Source of the DNA: Opitutaceae bacterium
GTDB lineage: Bacteria > Verrucomicrobiota > Verrucomicrobiia > Opitutales > Coraliomargaritaceae
DNA length: 64,000 nt
Direction: 5' to 3'
NCBI GenBank assembly: GCA_051252375.1
Contig: JBPOFY010000010.1
Location: forward strand, 63,290-127,289
The notes beneath the pieces were generated by a model. The model was not told the origin of the DNA and searched no databases. It was given only the letters and a program-made list of their open reading frames with translations. Below, in pieces: positions 60,958 to 64,000 of this stretch (positions within the stretch are counted from its first letter, which is position 1; every line of letters begins with the position of its first letter). The position numbers and the translations under genes are program-made.

Positions 60958-63809
60958 TCGTTTGGTCGGTTAAATTGAACTATAATTTCTGATTGGAGGC
61001 CTGCGGGCGACTCCACGGTCATACTGGCTTCACCGGACTTACCCGGAACATTACGCATAACCGCGACTGCTTTGCCAAAGAAAAGTGGATGTGTCTCATC
61101 AGTAAACGAATCGTGACCTGTTTGATCACCATTTGCAACGCCCGCCAACCTCGCCGCGCCTTCGACATTGAAGGTCAAATCATCCATCGCCCATGGGCAA
61201 AGGTTACCATCGCGATCAAGCAACTCGACTGTGACGTAGCAAAGATCCATACCGTCCGCCTGGAGCTCGGTCCGATCCGCCGTCAACTGAAGCTTAGCTG
61301 GCTCACCTGCGGTCTTCACTATCGCCTCGCCAATGCGCTTGCCGTCTTTGTATGCCACTGTCTTCAGTTCGCCTGCCTCAAACGGGACTTCCATCCAGCG
61401 CAAACGATATTCATCTAGGATACGATAATATGGGTTCACTGCAGAACGAGCTACCGCATTTCGGTCGGCATGTATTTCTACTTCGCGAATACTCGCCCAG
61501 CCGCCCTCGACTTTATTGATCTGAACCTTAACCCAACGTGCAGATTGAGTAGCTGTGACAAACCTTGTAGCTCCCTTTGATTTCCCCACCTCTCCTTGAA
61601 TCGTTTCCCATGACTGACCATCTTGCGAAATAAGGATATCAAATTGCACCTGAGCCTTTGCAGACTCCCACTGAAAATCGATCGCTTCAAAAGTATTCAC
61701 TTCACCCAAATCAACCTGCCAATGCTGCGGGAAGGATCCATCATTGGCGCACCAACGCGTTGACGGGTTATTATCCACCGCATTTCGGGCTAAGTTCTCT
61801 GACTGCACATTGCCGCCAGCATCTTGGATCAGCTCTTCACTGCTGGCACTCGCAATTTTGCCAAATGCAAGACTGCTGTATGCATCCGCCCTAGCCTTCC
61901 CCTTGGAACGACGCCCGAGGCTCTTGCCATTGAGAAAGAGCTCGGCCGAATCACCATTGGTGTAAACCGTGACGGGAACCTTATCACTCGGTTCCCAATT
62001 CCAATGCGGTGCCAAGTGCACCGTGTTTTCCTCAGGCAACCACTCACTGCGATAAAGATAATAGCTGTCCTTGGGCAAACCAGCTAAGTCTACGATCCCA
62101 AAATAACTACTGCGCGATGTCTTATGCGGAGTCGGTTCACCAAGATAATCAAACCCCGTCCAAACAAATTCTCCTGCAATGAAGCGATGCTTACGCATAC
62201 GATCAAACTCCCACTCAGGAATATCGGACCAGGCAGCTGAAGTTAGAACATTCGCATCCAAATAACCATCCTTCCTCCAATCGGTCTTATTCCGAGCAGG
62301 CGCCAACTTATACGCTCCTCGAGTTCCAAAAGCAGAAGCCGTTTCCGTATAGACTAAGGGCATTTCAGGATGATGCTTTCGAGCGATCATATACTTCTGA
62401 TTGTAGTTCCAACCAGTAACATCCAAAGGCGCAACAATCGTGGCTGCGTGCTGTGTCATGTGACAACCGATTCCAACTGGGCGTGTCGTATCCTGACTCC
62501 GAAAATAACCTAGCATCTTTTCCGCGTGCTGCTGGGTGAGATCTCGGATCTCGTTACCAATCGACCAGATGACGACACTCGGGTGATTACGATCACGGCG
62601 CATAAAGTTAACCACTTCTCGCTCTGCATATTCATCCACAAATTCATCCGTGCTACACTGCACACCTGCTGTAGGACCATATTTGTCGAACAACTCATCC
62701 CAGACGACTAGCCCCATTCGGTCGCAAAGTTCCAACAGCTCAGGTGCTGGCGTGTTATGCGATGTGCGAATGGCATTCACACCCATGTCCTTCATGATTT
62801 GTAATTGGCGCTCCATGGATCTTGGGAAAAACGCCGCACCTAAAGGCCCTTGATCGTGGTGTAAATTCACACCGTATAGCTGCATGCGTCGGCCATTCAG
62901 ATGGAAACCATCATCAGCCGTCCATTCGAACGTGCGAAGGCCAAAGGTCGTCACTTCTTCCTGCACCACTTCGCCCGCAAGCACTACGAGGGTGACTACT
63001 TGATACAGATTCGGCATGTCCACGTCCCAGCGCTGTGGCTGAGGAATCTTAAAATTAAATTCAGCTTCGATGATTCCACCCGGCGCTACGGTAACCGCCT
63101 CACGCTGGCCGCTCACCCGATTCCCATGTGGATCGAGAATCAAAGTCTCAATGCCCGCCTTTTGAGTCTGAGCCGTAGCATTCTTGAGCTCTACAGATAC
63201 ATGGACTTCAGCCTCCGCATCCGACACTTTTGGAGTGGTCACAAAAACTCCCCACACCGGTATATGCACAGTGTCCACAAAACGCATCGTAATCTTTCGA
63301 TATATGCCCGCCCCTGGATACCAGCGCGAACCATGTGCTCGTGTGTCGGCGTGCACCGTCATCACGTTGCTGCCACCAAAATTCGCCGCCTCTGTCGCAT
63401 CGACCCAAAATGAATTGTATCCATAAATCCACGACCCAACTTTCTGACCGTTCAGATAAACCACTGGGCTGGACATGACACCATCGAAAATAAACTGCAG
63501 ACGCTTACCCTTCGCATCAGCCGGCAAATCAAACTGCTTGCGATAGTAACCTTCACCCTGCCAAGGCAACTTCCCCGTAATGCCCTCTGCATCTCTATCA
63601 CCGAAGGGACCAGAGATTGCCCAGTCATGGGGTAGATCCACCTGTTCCCATAAGGAATCGTCGTAGCTAGGCTCTATTGCCGCAGTCTGATCGCCCTTCG
63701 CAAAGCGCCAATCAAAGTTAAAATCCTGTATCGAATCTGCAGCAGAAAGAACTTGAATCACTAAGCACAGAGCGCAGGTGAAGATGCGAATAGATCGTGT
63801 TTTTTTCAT
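60954..63809 (-). CDS. GH2 beta-glycosidase (beta-galactosidase-like) with inserted F5/8 (CBM32-like) domain
   Basis: VDLPHDW, RWYPGAGIYR, GVNAIRTSHN, WSIGNE, TETAS, FVWTGFDYLGEP; RWCA...WQVDLG...IREVEI insert. Confidence 0.95.
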   Translation of the reverse strand: MKKTRSIRIFTCALCLVIQVLSAADSIQDFNFDWRFAKGDQTAAIEPSYDDSLWEQVDLPHDWAISGPFGDRDAEGITGKLPWQGEGYYRKQFDLPADAKGKRLQFIFDGVMSSPVVYLNGQKVGSWIYGYNSFWVDATEAANFGGSNVMTVHADTRAHGSRWYPGAGIYRKITMRFVDTVHIPVWGVFVTTPKVSDAEAEVHVSVELKNATAQTQKAGIETLILDPHGNRVSGQREAVTVAPGGIIEAEFNFKIPQPQRWDVDMPNLYQVVTLVVLAGEVVQEEVTTFGLRTFEWTADDGFHLNGRRMQLYGVNLHHDQGPLGAAFFPRSMERQLQIMKDMGVNAIRTSHNTPAPELLELCDRMGLVVWDELFDKYGPTAGVQCSTDEFVDEYAEREVVNFMRRDRNHPSVVIWSIGNEIRDLTQQHAEKMLGYFRSQDTTRPVGIGCHMTQHAATIVAPLDVTGWNYNQKYMIARKHHPEMPLVYTETASAFGTRGAYKLAPARNKTDWRKDGYLDANVLTSAAWSDIPEWEFDRMRKHRFIAGEFVWTGFDYLGEPTPHKTSRSSYFGIVDLAGLPKDSYYLYRSEWLPEENTVHLAPHWNWEPSDKVPVTVYTNGDSAELFLNGKSLGRRSKGKARADAYSSLAFGKIASASSEELIQDAGGNVQSENLARNAVDNNPSTRWCANDGSFPQHWQVDLGEVNTFEAIDFQWESAKAQVQFDILISQDGQSWETIQGEVGKSKGATRFVTATQSARWVKVQINKVEGGWASIREVEIHADRNAVARSAVNPYYRILDEYRLRWMEVPFEAGELKTVAYKDGKRIGEAIVKTAGEPAKLQLTADRTELQADGMDLCYVTVELLDRDGNLCPWAMDDLTFNVEGAARLAGVANGDQTGHDSFTDETHPLFFGKAVAVMRNVPGKSGEASMTVESPAGLQSEIIVQFNRPNE

Positions 63810-63923
63810 GCTAAAATTTGTTGATGATAAGATAAACGGCTCGGGTCCTTATATGTATTTTTACAAGTCACTACCGTCTCTTAATTACGAAGACGTTGCA
63901 CGCCACTGGGCATTAGGAATCTA

Positions 63924-64000
63924 CTACTCCACCACGATACGAATGAACTTACTATCCGGCGGAGTCGGCTCAAAAGGGATTGTGACCGTCATCGTTTCGA
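63924..64000 (-). CDS. C-terminal end of an upstream, probably secreted protein (partial)
   Basis: Minus strand reads ETMTVTIPFEPTPPDSKFIRIVVE* (TAG 63926-63924); the F-x-R-hydrophobic tail resembles that of the 1931-aa protein. Confidence 0.5.
   Translation of the reverse strand, partial: ETMTVTIPFEPTPPDSKFIRIVVE

Overview
Gene-dense window (about 40 CDS) from a bacterium that looks like a marine member of the Verrucomicrobiota (Opitutales, Coraliomargarita/Lentimonas-like). This is inferred from the PEP-CTERM protein, PVC-type DUF1592/DUF1552 and DUF1080 genes, and the sulfatase/fucosidase content. Almost the whole window is devoted to carbohydrate use. (1) 1-9750: a minus-strand operon for exported proteins (787-aa putative TIM-barrel enzyme, 1931-aa Ig/beta-helix protein, PEP-CTERM protein, LolA-like membrane protein). 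(2) 10064-18042: GH116, GH95 and two GH117-like glycosidases, divergent from a LuxR/NarL two-component pair. (3) An SSS symporter with an XylR-type regulator. (4) 25988-48453: a 22-kb cluster with five Gfo/Idh/MocA oxidoreductases, two xylose-isomerase-like barrels, four DUF1080 domains, ThuA, DoxX, HEAT and ankyrin proteins, two transporters and AraC/ROK regulators. It resembles an expanded oxidation-elimination (3-keto) glycoside pathway. (5) 48660-63809: sulfatases, an esterase, GH29, GH95 and GH2 with an embedded DUF1592/DUF1552 cytochrome pair. Most notable: matching ROK-type operators linking the DUF1592/DUF1552 pair to the oxidoreductase cluster, an unnamed ~165-aa domain shared by two adjacent exported proteins, and several recurrent promoter palindromes. 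No rRNA, tRNA, CRISPR array or transposase was seen. Family calls come from motif recognition by eye, not from database searches.
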